DNA of 64,000 nt from Bugula neritina (taxonomy: Eukaryota > Animalia > Bryozoa). Both the position numbers and the translations under genes were made by a program. The notes beneath the pieces are model-generated. The model was not told the origin of the DNA. It worked only from the letters and a program-made list of their open reading frames with translations, and did no database searches. This document shows, piece by piece, positions 27,288 through 40,158 of the stretch; positions within the stretch are counted from its first letter, which is position 1; the number at the start of each line of letters is the position of its first letter. The stretch is taken from assembly GCA_964035545.1 (NCBI GenBank), contig OZ037766.1:27759673-27823672 (forward strand), read 5' to 3'.

Positions 27288-29311
27288 TGTATATTGTTTC
27301 TGTTTAAATACGTGAGTACAGCACTCCGAACTTTCGGTACGCCTCCTTTGGAGTTATTTCCACGGCCAGTTACTAAGTAGACGTACTTCTCTTTTCCTGG
27401 TGCAAAGGTTAGAGTAGATATAAAGATAAAGAAAAGGAGTGGCAGGGTTATAGCACATAAAATGCTATATTGTGTATCATTTTATACTATAACATGTAAT
27501 ATTTAATACATTGTATTGCAATAATGTAAGTACAGTATATAATATGGCAGATATAATCGTGTGAAATATCATAATGTTTGAAATGGAAACACAATAATGA
27601 TCATAATAAATCTCAGTGTGAAGTAGTTACACACATAACCTTCTGAAAAATAAAAGAATAAAATGGCCAGACTGGATACACACGGACAGAGTGAGTGAGT
27701 AAGTGCACATTGCAAGCTCTACTATAAATTATCTTCAAAATAAAACCCACCTCGACGCTTAGCTAGGATAATTTGTTCTCCAACAAGCACCGCCTCCTGA
27801 GGGTGAAGGCCGTGCAGGTCTGCTTCCTGCCGATCCCTGTTTGAGTTGTTATGCCTGAATATTTGAGAGGCTGCTTGGAAGTTGGCCTCTTTTTGTTTGT
27901 TCTTATGATCCTGCGCCTGTAAGCAAGGCGTTCCCACGTTAAACAATTTGAAACCAACTCTAACAGATCATGTAAAACTCTGCCAGTCAGGGTCAGATAC
28001 CACTAAAATATCTCACCATTATAACTTATATAAAATCCTGCGAGTTCAACTGAGAAACGCATGCTTCTGAAAAATAAGTTGTTTGGTATTGCATTTCAAG
28101 TCAGGTCTCAATTGCATTTCAGTTTTTTTTTTGTGATTCGAATTGTTGAGTGATGAAGTTTAAACTTAGACCATTATATCTTGGTGCACACTAAACTTTA
28201 AACAGGTTTTCTAATTATTATCCATACATCAAACTTGAAATCAACAAGTAACCATCAAACGGTATCATACCATCTGTCCATAATGTTAGCCAACATCAAA
28301 CTGCTTTTTCATAAAAGCAGTCCTAATCTTTTCTTCATACTTTTTTTCTTTCCTCCATGTGGATAAGAGCCTCTGCTCTGAATTCACTATATTCAGCATT
28401 ACTCTCGTACTCTTCCATATCGAATCACTGTTGGAACACAGGACACATGAGAGCTGGAGAAGATTCGACAGTTGTGATAAAAGAAGATCAACAGTAGTGC
28501 TACCCTTTTACCTCAGAAACTGGTCCCGGCGAGATGGTTGTCGCGTCTATTATTTCACCTTCCTAAAAGCAAACTCAAATGAGTGTATAAAAATATAGCT
28601 ATACTGATATAACCATTAGAATTGAGTTTGTCTAACACACTATACACATTTTGTAAAAGCTGGAGAATATACAAGTGATGCCAGAGTAAGCAGTAAAGCT
28701 ACCCTCTACCTCAGAACCTGTCTCAGATGAGACGGTGACCACATCCACAATTTCTTCTTCCTGGAAACAAACATGAAATACCAGTTGTTGTTAGTTTACT
28801 ACAGCTAATGTCAATTTATATGAAACAATGTAGAACAGGTTTGTAAACGAGAAAAATGCATCTGTTCAAAAGAGCATTGGGTGCAGCAATGACAAAGAGA
28901 AGGAAAGAATGACAGAAAAAAAGAAACAAGCAAAAGTGGAAATAGCAAAAGCCAAAGAGAAGGTTTAAGAGGAGTGTATAAAGACTTGTAAGAAAATGTG
29001 GCAAACAACATACAATTTCCATAAACTATCAAGTGGCTACTAAAAAGAAAGAACATAAGATAAGATTATACGACTGAAGTTTAGGGAATAGAAATGCATA
29101 ATCATATCAAACTCAGATAGGTTACTAACAAAATATAACCTTACCATAGCCATTAGACTTGATTCCCCCCAAATACTTTACACAAACTTTGTAAAAGCTA
29201 GAAAAAACTGCAAGAAGTGATGCAAGAACTCAACAAAAGAGCTACTCTCTTGAGTCTCACCTCTGAAACGCTTTCCGGTGAAGCAGCTGTGGCGCCTTTT
29301 CTTTCCTCTTC
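27288..29311 (-). pseudogene. DUF1771-Smr gene, subfamily C, with acidic micro-exon N-terminus; DUF1771 exon inactivated
   Basis: 51-nt exons at 29311-29261, 28760-28710 and 28562-28512. Candidate start ATG GCT ATG at 29153-29145. DUF1771 exon 28427-28271 has TGA at codon 1 and a +1 frameshift. Smr exons 27916-27751 (ADLHGLHPQEAV) and 27396-27288 (YLVTGRGNNSKGGVPKVRSAVLTYL) are intact. Confidence 0.7.
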
Positions 29312-29953
29312 CTAAAAACAAAAACAAATTACTGTGTAAGTTTGCTGCTACTATTACCACTTTATGTAGAACAATGTGGCACGTGATGTAATCAGTTTAC
29401 CAACATAAAATTTATATCATGTATATAAATAAATGAATACGATTAAGGATGATGATTAAGGACAAAGTACAAGTGTGTGTGCTGGACAAATATTTTATAG
29501 ATACCTAGCTTTAAGGTTGGCAAAGCCCTATAATTTACATGTGCCAGCCTTTCAAGTGTCAGCTTTTCAAATCAAGTTTTCTTGTGCTTTATTTACCTTT
29601 CTGAACAGGTGGTTGTCCAAACAAAATTTGACTTCCACATGAGCGGCACTGCATGGTACTCATCCTGTAAAAAAGTAAACGTTATAAAGTAATTGGTTAA
29701 AACTTGTTGTATAGAGTTACCATATAAAATATATCAATGTGCATGTATAGTATATGTATATAATGATAAACGTATAGGTACTGAAGGTAAAACATAAGTA
29801 TGCATGTTTGAAGTTTACAGATCAAACATAATTTATAAAACAATATAAAATTGAAGTAAAAATTTATATATACTCGGCTTAGATTAAGATCTGGTCAAAA
29901 CCATATCTAGAAGTGCCAGTGACCAAACCAAGTTGACTTCCTGAAAGCTTAAT

Positions 29954-30636
29954 TCAGCCACTCAGCAACTTTGTTTTACTCCCCCTGTTTAAAATGTAAA
30001 ATACTATAAGGTGCTGTAGGCTATCATGTCTAAATCAGTGAGATAGTTACCAATACCGTATTATTTTGTTTGTAGAATCATGTTTTATTTGATTTATCAT
30101 TTAAACTCTTGTGGTAGAAACTATTGGCTAATGTTAAGAAGAACTTACTGTATATTGTTTTCGTTTAAGTAGGTAATTACAGCACTGCGGACTTTCGCTA
30201 CGCCTCCTTTGGAATGTTTCCCCCGGCCAGTTATCAAGTGGATGTACTTATCTTTTCCTGGTACAATAGTGGAGGATTGCCATATTCATGAAGATCAGCA
30301 GTGCTGTGCTTATAGCATAAATATACTCAAATAGATAATGTTAATATTGCATATTTACATATAGAATTTCAACAGGATGTACTTAAACAAAATGTTCTAA
30401 ACGACAGAAATAATGGCCAGAAAGGGTGTGCATGGGCACAGAAATTTGTAGCTCTATTTCAAAAACTCACTTCGACGCTTGGATAGGATGCTTTGCTCGG
30501 CAAAATGCACGACCTCCTGGGGGTGAAGGCCGTGCAAGTCAATTTCCAGGCATTTCCTATTAGAGTTGTTCTTCTTAAAGATCTTCTCAGCTGACTGGAA
30601 ATTGGCTTCTTGCTCTTTTTCAAGATGATGCTGAGC
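29954..30636 (-). pseudogene. Smr-domain exons, subfamily A, open but lacking the DUF1771 exon
   Basis: Exons 30636-30471 (IDLHGLHPQE), 30257-30149 (HLITGRGKHSKGGVAKVRSAVITYL) and a putative last exon 29984-29954. Upstream sequence switches to the minisatellite exon at ~30845. Confidence 0.7.
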
Positions 30637-30826
30637 CTGTAACAAAGATTTTCACACACTAAACAATTTAAAACCAACTTTAACCAATCATGTGAAATTT
30701 AACCAATCAGGGTGAAAGTGAATTATGCGATTGCGTGTTGCCAAAGAGAACACAACTCTGTTGTGTAACATACTGAAGCAATTATTAGCTGGTCTAATTT
30801 ACTTTACCACCAGAAAATCTTCACAT

Positions 30827-32022
30827 CTAACTTAAATTGTTATTGGAATTATGGGAACTGCTGTCGCTGTCTGTTACAGTGTCTCCATCTGTTACAGTGT
30901 CTCCGTCTGTTACAGTGTCGCCGTCTGTTACAGTGTCTCCGTCTGTTACAGTGTCGCCGTCTGTTACAGTGCCCCTATCTGTTACAGTGTCTCCATCTGT
31001 TACAGTGTCGCTGTCTGTTACAGTGTCTCCATCTGTTACAGTGTCGCTGTCTGTTACAGTGTCTCCGTCTGTTACAGTGCCCCTATCTGTTACAGTGTCT
31101 CCATCTGTTACAGTGTCTCCATCTGTTACAGTGTCGCCGTCTGTTACAGTGTCGCCGTCTGTTACAGTGTCGCCGTCTGTTACAGTGTCTCCGTCTGTTA
31201 CAGTGTCTCCATCTGTTACAGTGCCCCTATCTGTTACAGTGTCTCCATCTGTAACCCTGTTCCGCAGTCTTTGACTTCTTTCAGGACGGGAGTCATCGGG
31301 TTGATAAGCATCTTCTAGATTAGCGGAAATTGTCTCCCCTTGTGTGGTCATTGATGAATTACGCTGTCGCAAGCTTCTGCTGGACCCTTTCATACTGGTA
31401 CAAAAATTATGGGAACTGCTGTCGCTGTCTGTTACAGTGTCTTCATCTGTTACAGTGCCCCTATCTGTTAAACCGTCTTTATCTGCTACACTGTCTCCAT
31501 CTAAAGGAAGAGATAATGGCAATCTACATCAGGGAAAACCCAAGTGCAAAACCATAAAAAGTTACAAAAAGCAGATGGGCTCTGGCTCAAGACTTAAAAT
31601 GAAGATATTTCCAACCTGGTAAATTTAACAATGACCATCCGGATTTAACTGGTGATATTATTAGGAAAGAATCGAGTGGAATACAAGGTTTCTTTTTATG
31701 AGAACAATCAATCCACATCCATTATTAATAGTGTGCACTGAGTGCAAATTTTGGGAAATACCTGAATTTGGAGCAACGATACTTTCAGCAGATTTCGATC
31801 TATTTGTCTCGGTCGATATGGGGTCGTTAGAGATAACAGCAGTGTCATTTGGTGAAATCTTTTTTTTTCAAATTAGCAACATGGACATCACTAAAACTAG
31901 ATTAGCAGAAATTGTCTCTCCTTGTGTGGTCATTGATAGATTACGCTGTCGCAAGCACTGAACTGAAACTATAACTTTGGAAAGGACATCTGGTAGCTTT
32001 ATAATGTAACCCCGCGTCCAAA
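30827..32022 (-). other. 5' part of an unknown low-complexity Ser/Thr/Asp-rich gene or pseudogene containing the TVTDGD repeat
   Basis: 231-aa ORF with an acceptor at 31501. An upstream segment ends in a phase-compatible donor near 31761. Candidate ATG near 32022, with an apparent frameshift near 31900. Internal duplication (LRQRNxSMTTQGETISANL) at ~31320-31372 and ~31900-31955. Confidence 0.35.
30862..31253. repeat. 18-bp minisatellite, ~22 units (CTGTTACAGTGTCTCCAT consensus)
   Basis: Direct tandem units with three variant types, encoding VTDGDT, VTDRGT and VTDSDT on the minus strand. About four more diverged units lie at 31420-31500. Confidence 0.95.
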
Positions 32023-32711
32023 GAGCAGCCATATTGGTGGATTGCTAGTTTCACTTTGAAGTAAGATTTTCGGGCAGTTCATCACGCGACCTGTTCATTT
32101 TTTCACGTCAACTCGAGCCTCTTTTCTAGAAGTATTTTAATTTTAGCCAGTTTGCCGCCATTGTTAAATTTTCAATTGTCGTGGTTTGTCACTAATAGTA
32201 AGCATTACTAACAATGGATACTTCTGAACACACTTATCACGCAGTTTCCAAAGGCCAAAGAACATCAGGATCACAGTGTTTTGCTTATAATTGCTTCAAT
32301 TACTCAAATTCAGCGCGTTGATAGCAAAGAAAGAAACACTTTATTTCACAGGTTGAGGTTAGTTTGAGTAATACTAATACTTCTATTAATAGTATTACTA
32401 ATACTATTACTAATAGTAATACTTACACTATTACTAATAGTAATACTTACACTAATACTAATAGTTATTAGTAATTGTATCTGTATCAATTATTATGGTA
32501 AAGATGATTTGTGAATATATGGTAATGACTATACTTTTAGTTTTAGTCATGATGATCTAAATCCTAATTTATTGTAATTCAAATTGACTAACTTTTTATA
32601 GCCATTACCCATCTAACTTTGGTCATTTCAATTTGATGATTTAGCTATAAAACTGAACTACAACTTGAATTTGAGTCTAATTGTAACACTAGCGCTATAT
32701 AAGTATATAAT

Positions 32712-34629
32712 GTGTCAGCAATCCCTCGTGTGACGAGTATGATGTCTGCTTGCGAGCCCTAGTCTGTGCCGTGATCCGTAATCCGTTCCAGTTCGAAAAT
32801 CCGTAAAATCCTACTAGAGGTTGTGAGTTCTGAGGTGACTCACGAGCCCAATTCGAGATCGGCATAATTTGCCACAGTGAGGACAAATGTTACTAGAGTC
32901 AGTCACTGGTGGGTGTGTAACAGAGCATAACTCCCTGCTTTTCCTTAACAACCGTTTGTGCTCTCGTTTTTGGCGTTATTGTTGTTCAAAAATTGCTGTC
33001 CCTTGATGCACAACAGTTCTCCAATTTTTTCTGTCCAAGGCCTGAACTTCCCAGGTCTGTGGTCGAATGAAACACTGCTTAAGGTTTTCGTGTAGAGTGT
33101 CTTTATACCTTTTCCTCTGACCACCCTGTGAGCGATTTCCAGCGTTCAGCTCAGAGTACATGATCTTTTTTGGTAGCCGGTTATCATCCATTCTTACCAC
33201 ATGGCCAGACCACTTCAGTTGTCTCTTCACAATCATGGTAGTAATACTTGTAGTTTGAGCTTTATCCAGGACACTGTTAGTAGTCTGCCTGTCTTGCCAT
33301 TTGACTCCGAGGATTCGCCTGAGACTGCGGTTGTGAAATTTCTCGAGGGACAGCAGGTTGTGGCTGTAGGTTATCCAAGTTTCAGAGGCATAAAGTAGTG
33401 TCGGGAGAACAATGGCTTTGTATACTTTTAGTTTGGTCTGTCTGTATATATCCTTGTTGTTGAAAACGCGTGTTTGCAGCCTCCCAAATGCGGAGCTGGC
33501 GGCCTGGAGTCATCGGTTTATTTCAGCATCAATGTTTGCTTTAGAGGATAGGCAGCTACCTAAATAGTTGAAGGTAGTGACTTGGTCTAATATTTGGTCT
33601 CCCACCTTGAGGGAAAAATCCTCATGTCTTTCAGTATTCGGGTGTGGTTGGTACATTACTTGCGTCTTCTTGGCATTGAGTGTTAGACCAAGAAAGGTGT
33701 ATGCTGTATTGAATGCTGTGAGAGCAAGTTGAAGTTCCTCCTCGGAATGAGCCATGATCATGTTATCATCAGCATACTGCAGTTCATGGATAGCCTCGGT
33801 AGCTGTCTTCGTCTTAGCTCTGAGACGTCTGACATTGAAAATATCATTAAATCTATATCTGATTCTTACTCCAGATGGCATACATTCACTCACTAGTTGA
33901 AGTACAGCAGTGAGGAAAATCGAGAACAATGTAGGTGCTATCACACATCCCTGTTTTACTCCTGTGTTCACAGGAAACTCCTTAGAGTGGTCTCCATCAA
34001 CTAATTCTTTCAAAGTTGTCCAAAAATTATATTTGTTGTGCAAGTTACTTTTAAAATTCTTTTTAGAGACCGGTTACATGTCATCATGTAAGATGCGAAT
34101 GATGGTAACTAATTTGTCGGGGCATCCAATCTTGCCTAGCACTTTCCACAGCGTTGGTCTGTGAACTGTGTCAAAGGCTTTCTTTAGATCGATGAATGCC
34201 ATAAACAAATCACGGTGCTGCTCTAGGCATTTTTCTTGAATCTGCCGAGCAGCAAAAATCATATCTACAGTTCCTCGGTAAGGTCTGAAGCCACATTGGC
34301 TCTCTGGTAGGCATCTCTCTGTCAATTGGCCAAGTCTAAAACTAACTATTCTCGCCAGAAGCTTTCCAGCAATGGATAGCAGAGAGATACCCCTATAGTT
34401 TCCACAATCGGCTCTGTTACCCTTCTTGTAAAGAGTTACAATATTAGCATCCTTCAGATCAGGATGAAGTGATTCTTTTTCCCAAATCAGCTGAAAGAGT
34501 TCCAGCAATTTTCTGTTCAATTCTAGCCCACCACCTTTAAAAATCTCTCCAGGTATTCCATCCGGTCCGGCAGCTTTTCCTGACTTAGTCATGGATAATG
34601 CTTTCTCAAGTTCGTCAATCGTTGGGGGT
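32712..34629 (-). mobile_element. 5'-truncated non-LTR retrotransposon (RTE-type LINE), inactive
   Basis: Reverse transcriptase motifs KAAGPDGIP, NYRGISLL, QCGFR, FIDLKKAFDTV, GVKQGCVIAP, LQYADD and FNYLGS. Then RQLKWSGHVVRM...LPKKIMYSEL and C-terminal CPHCGKLCRSRIGLVSHLRTH*. Premature stops at 33510 and 32976. Flanked by the 14-bp TSD TATAAGTATATAAT at 32698-32711 and 34630-34643. Confidence 0.93.
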
Positions 34630-36160
34630 TATAAGTATATAATAAAATATAGCCAAAGGCTTAAGTTTTGTTGACAAATAAATGATCCAAAGCAAAGTAG
34701 ATCTTACACAAAATTGTACTAGAAGGTGGCTAGTATTAGGATTTAGCAAAAGCTTTTTTATAAAAACATTATAATATGCAGCAAAAATCAATAGTTTGCA
34801 TACTAAATTTGCTTAGCTTTAGCATTAAGTATCGATATATTTTTATTTTAGATTCCCTAAGAAAATAAAGGATTTCAGCATGTGTAAGGAATGGTGGCAA
34901 GTGTCCAGGCGCTAAGAAGAACTATCAGAAACTGCAAAACTGTGCAGTGAACATTTTTATCCTCAGCATATTGACACCACTGGCCAAACTCGAAGATTGC
35001 ATGAAGGAGCTGTTCCATTAGCAGAGTTGGTTTCTACTCTATCTAGACTTTTCTTAAGTTCTGAACTATAGTGTAAAATTAGCATTCTTTCAAAGTTGTC
35101 CAAAAATTATATTTGTTGTGCAAGTTACTTTTAAAATTCTTTTTAGAGACCGGTTACACTACAGAATACGAATGTGAGTAAAAATTCCAGCAATGAAAAT
35201 CTACCAGTTCACACAGTTTTAACAGCCATAATTAATTAGGTTTGAATAATTGTCAAGTCATTTTGAGAGAGAATTAGTATTTTCATTTTGTGCAGCATAC
35301 AGCATAGCAAGTTGAATGTTTTTGGAGTACACCTGTGTTTTCTAAAAAGATTAAAGGTTTTGAATTGTTTTACTGGCTTGATAACTTGAAATTATTAGAA
35401 TGGTATTTTAGGATCATTCTTACAGTGAAGGTGGATACGATATTTTTGGCATTGAAAAGCATGCTATGGAAACTTCTACTCACATTGAGAACCACCACTC
35501 TACGTTACTCAACCTCATTGTTGAAATATGTTAAGATTTGTTTTAACACAATTTGTCTAGAATAAAAAACTTGCTTTACATAAAGTGAGCTGTCAACAGA
35601 GAAATAACAAAAAATTTCTTAAGAGTCAATAGACTTTTTATTTGTATTTTTTATTTATATTACATATTATATTATATATCTGGTTTTTAAGCGATATCTA
35701 CTTGCTTTTGTTGTTTTAAAGTAAAATATTTTTATAACAACTAGCCTCATTTCTCTATTCTATAGCCAACAATTATTACCAGCAGCTAAATTTAAGTAGA
35801 TGTTATATTATATACCAAGTTTTTACTTGATATCAACTTGCTTTTGTTGTTTCAAAAAGGAATATTTTTAGAACTACCAGCTTTATTTCTTTATGCTATA
35901 GCCAACCCTTATTACAAGCAAATAAAAATGGAGTAGATTTTGGAATTATTCACTTGTGTAGTGTGATGTAAAAATAGGTTAACACTCCCAAAACTATATA
36001 TAAGTTTTTGCTTTATGGCTAGATGATTCTTTGTATTAGTACATTAAGGTAGCTTGTAGTAAAATTTAATTGCTAATAAGTGTTTATTACTTGGCACAAT
36101 TTATAAGAAATTCCTTTGATCTGTGGTAACTTATTAATTTTGCATAATCTATACTTCACG

Positions 36161-36191
<31 letters not shown>

Positions 36192-36381
36192 AATAATGCG
36201 CTGGTAAATTGTATATAAAATATATTTCACACCTTTCACACCTGTCGTAGTCCTGTATGGGTATATATAATATATATTGTACCAAAATAAATAAATAGTG
36301 TTTAACTGGGAAGCGTCCATTTGGGAAGCGTCTAAGTGGGAGACTTAACCTAGCTTCTATCTGGGATGAAACCAAACAAAG

Positions 36382-37800
36382 TAACCAAATGTAATAAGGC
36401 TGCTTGATATTTGTTTGGATAGTATCTAATTTTTGCGTTAAATTGCAGCTATAATATTTTTCTTAACATTTTTATAGTTGTAATTTTTGCCACAACCCAC
36501 TTATGTGTAAGAATTTCTATAAAACACTTGGCCACAAACCAATTGCAATCGTGTAACTATCATGACAGCTTCTCATATAATATACTGATTGAAATTGCTT
36601 CTGTAGCTTAAATGTCTTAAAATTATGTACCTTTATAATTATGCTAAGCATCTTATATATTATCAAATATCTTAAATTATAAATTCCAGTAATTAAAAGA
36701 TAACCTTGCAAATGTTAGTGCTACATGAGCAAGCAACAAAAAGCCACATGGCAATTTAGGGAAAGGCAATTATATACAAAGTTTACGCAATAAACTCCTA
36801 TAGCTTTGACATTTCGTAAATGTTTTGCACCAATAATTTTTCTTTTTAGTTTATGTTCAGTTCAATTAAAGTCCAATTTCACAGTTCAATTTCAAAATTT
36901 AAAGTTGCAAATTTCAATTAGTGTGCTTGCAGCATAGACTGCTTGGTTAAGCTCACTTCATAATAATGGGAAAACAACTTCTATTGCATATACTTTATCA
37001 GGGTAACCCACAATTAATACCACAGGGTATGCTGCATCTTCTACACAAAATATTTTCAAGTTATAATTTGATGTTTGCTGAAAAGAGATCTGAAAGCGTC
37101 ATCAGCATTTTAAAGGGTTCTTAAAATAACACCTCCTTAACCTCTATGTATTCTGTTATATTAAAATAGAAATGCATGATTATGTATTTTTTATATTTGT
37201 TGTAATTATATATAAAAATTTTTTCAAAAAATCTAATAATGCTTACTCATGATGCATTTGATTTTTTGTGCATTTGACTTAAACTCTCTCATTAATTACT
37301 CAATTTTAAAGAACCCTATTCCGCCCTTTTACCTAATATATCTGGCACATGTATTGTTGTTTCGGTCACAGATTATTGATAGCATGTCTAAGTGAAGCCT
37401 CACAAAATATCTATTTTTAGCAGAATGCAGTGGCTCCTGAACAATAAAAGATATTTAGAATTTTAATGCCAAATCTAATATCTAATATGAACTTGTTTAA
37501 CAAGGGAGGTCTGCCAATGTTGAATATTATTTATTAGTTGCTTTTAGTAGTTGATGTTCAAAATATATCAGAAAAACATAAATTAAAAAATTAGGCCACT
37601 TGTGATGTTAAAATAACAATTTGCATATTTAAATATATCAGTGATTCACTATTATAGAAAAATATTTTCTTATCTTTGCAGCTTTTTAAGGTGTTCATTC
37701 ATTTTCTTAGCACGTGCCAAAAAATGGTCAGCTTGCTTTTTATTGTTTTGAATCAGATGAATGTTACCAATATCTTCCAAATTGTCAGCAATTTCTTCAT
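36382..37800. repeat. ~1.4-kb segmental duplicate of 47532-48984 (last ~43 codons and 3' flank of the TPR gene)
   Basis: Colinear near-identity from TAATAAGGCTGCTTGATATTTG to ATTGTCAGCAATTTCTTCAT. Confidence 0.92.
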
Positions 37801-40158
37801 TTTTACAAATAAGATATTATAATTCTCACTTATCTGTATACCATATGGGTGTTGAGCATGAACACAAATCAACAGTTGCCTGATGGTAGAACCTCAGTAA
37901 TAAAGGAGAAAAGTTTTGTAAACGTTGTGTAGCTTTGATTTCTGTAGTACAAATCAACAACAGACTGAATTTTGACCTGGAGCACTGCGCTGTTTATAGC
38001 TACAAAACAGGTGAACATTCGATTTTGATTGGTTGAAATAGGTTACCAAACAAAATTTTTATACACTCAAGATCTGCAATGCTACAATGCTAATTTCTGA
38101 ACTAAAATATTTTGTTTGAAGAGTTAACATGGCCACCTTGTTTAATACTTCTAAATCTATAGCAGGCATATGAATCTGGGTTATTAATTCTCTCATAGTA
38201 ATCTTGTTGCATTTTCAGGCTCATTATGAAATCGTTAAATGTTTTGTTTATACTCCATCATTTTTTCTTTTTTTCTAACATTGTTGAGTTTGTATAGGCA
38301 TGTTTTTCAGAACCTACAGAGTTCAGGATTCCTTGAAAATTTTTGGTACCAAACAATTGCTTTTTGTCATTGAATATACAATCATCGCAGTTCGTTTGTT
38401 ATTCACTTCTTGTGACGTCTTCGGTCGGTGTTGTTTTTCCTTGAATATTTGGAAGCTGACCCAACGTTAGCTTCCTTGATCTGCTTCTTCCTAAGAATCG
38501 GCCTTGTAAACAGGACTGCAGGTTGGTGAGTTTATTTTAGTAGACTTGATAAAACGAGTTTGTTACCTACAGATGGCATTGCGAGTTTGTCTGAAACAAT
38601 TGGACAAGCCTTAATAATGAAATTTTAAATGTGTATTCACTCATCTCTATGACAATTATAAGACAAATGCAATGCTTGCCTTTTTCTCAGAGTTTCAAGT
38701 TCAAAAATTTACACTATATAGTTCCAACTGAACAAGGATTCAGTAAAGTAATGAATATTAGAGACAACCAGCTCAAGTCTTTTTTACAAAAAAGATGTTA
38801 TAATTCTCATTTATCTGTATGCCATAGAGATGATGAGCATGAAAAAAATCTAACATTTACCTGATAAGTTGTTGAAGTATTGCTCAGAATTATGAGATGG
38901 TAGCAAAGTTGACATCAGTTTTAATAAAACCTCGGCAATAACGGAGAAATAGTTTTGGTATCATTTTTTAGCTTTGGTTTTTGTATTTCAAGTCGACAGT
39001 AGGGTAGGAAAATTAACGCCAGTTTCTTTAGATCCTTAGTAGTAAGGCAGACATAGTTTTTAGAATAATAGTTTAGAATTTTGTATTTTAACTCAACAGA
39101 GAATGTTTACCTGAAGCAATGCTCTACTTACAGCTACACAACAAGTGTTCTTCTCTGATTAGTTGAAATAGGTTAGCTACTTGGAAAAATCAAATCAGGT
39201 GAAGCAGTGCTGACCCTTCTCTGAAACTTTTTCTTCTTTTCCTGGTGAGTAACAGCCTCAGCTCTTAGCCCTTTATAGCCAGTATATATACTAATTCTAT
39301 GTTAAACCACTGTTGGTGCACAAGACACATCTGCATACATGGGCACAGAAATGTTAAAAACATTACCTCGATGCTTGGCCAGGATAATTTGCTCCACCCC
39401 ATACACAGGCTCATGGGTTGAGGGCCATGCAGGTCAACCCATTTTTTGGAGTTGTTGTATTTGAAAATTTAAGAAGCTGCCTTGAAAGTAGTTTATTTTT
39501 TTTATTACGATGAAGCTGAGCCTGTTGATAAGAGGTTTACACTATAAATAATTCAAATCCAGCTATAAGTGGATTCTCTCTAGTCTTTTTACCACTTTCT
39601 GCCTACAGACTATGAGCCATCACTCGTGTCATCATGTGACTAAACATAGAACGAATAAAACAATGTCATTTTAATAAACTAGTATGTTACATTAAAATTT
39701 TCACTTTAAATTGTATGGAAAGTATCTAGTCATGCTTTTTACAGAAGAATTTTAGCCTGTAAGACAAATGTTCAAATATTAAATAATTTCAAATCAATTG
39801 TAATAGTGCTATTATGTTACTAATACCTTAACACTTTAGTTGCCTAATTTAAGCTAGATATTTGCAGGTCTGCTCTATTGCTGTAATTTATATTGTTAAG
39901 TGTTGATGTTAAACATAGACAATTACATATATTTTAGTGCATCTTAGCTTCGTTAGGTTAGTTCCGGATGTTTCATATTGGTAGGCAACATCATACTGCT
40001 TCTTCATGAAAGCAGTATGGGCTTTTTCTCTCCTCCAAGTGAATGAGAACCTCAGCATACAGTGTACTTAGTATCAACAAATAATCATTCAGCGGTATCA
40101 TAATGTTTTTCCGTAACGGTAACCGACATCAAACTGCTTTTTCATAAAAGCAGTCCCA
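37801..40158. repeat. Segmental duplicate of ~24585-27020 (also partly 20730-21930), including Smr/DUF1771 relics
   Basis: Long colinear shared strings, e.g. CAGACTATGAGCCATCACTCGTGTCATC at ~21887, ~26476 and ~39606. Confidence 0.9.

Noticed and set aside
30837-31318. Plus-strand ORFs (SVTVSP)n and (CYSVSI)n; also a CRISPR-like look
   Set aside because: These are by-products of a stop-free 18-bp tandem repeat. There are no unique spacers and no cas genes, and the context is eukaryotic.
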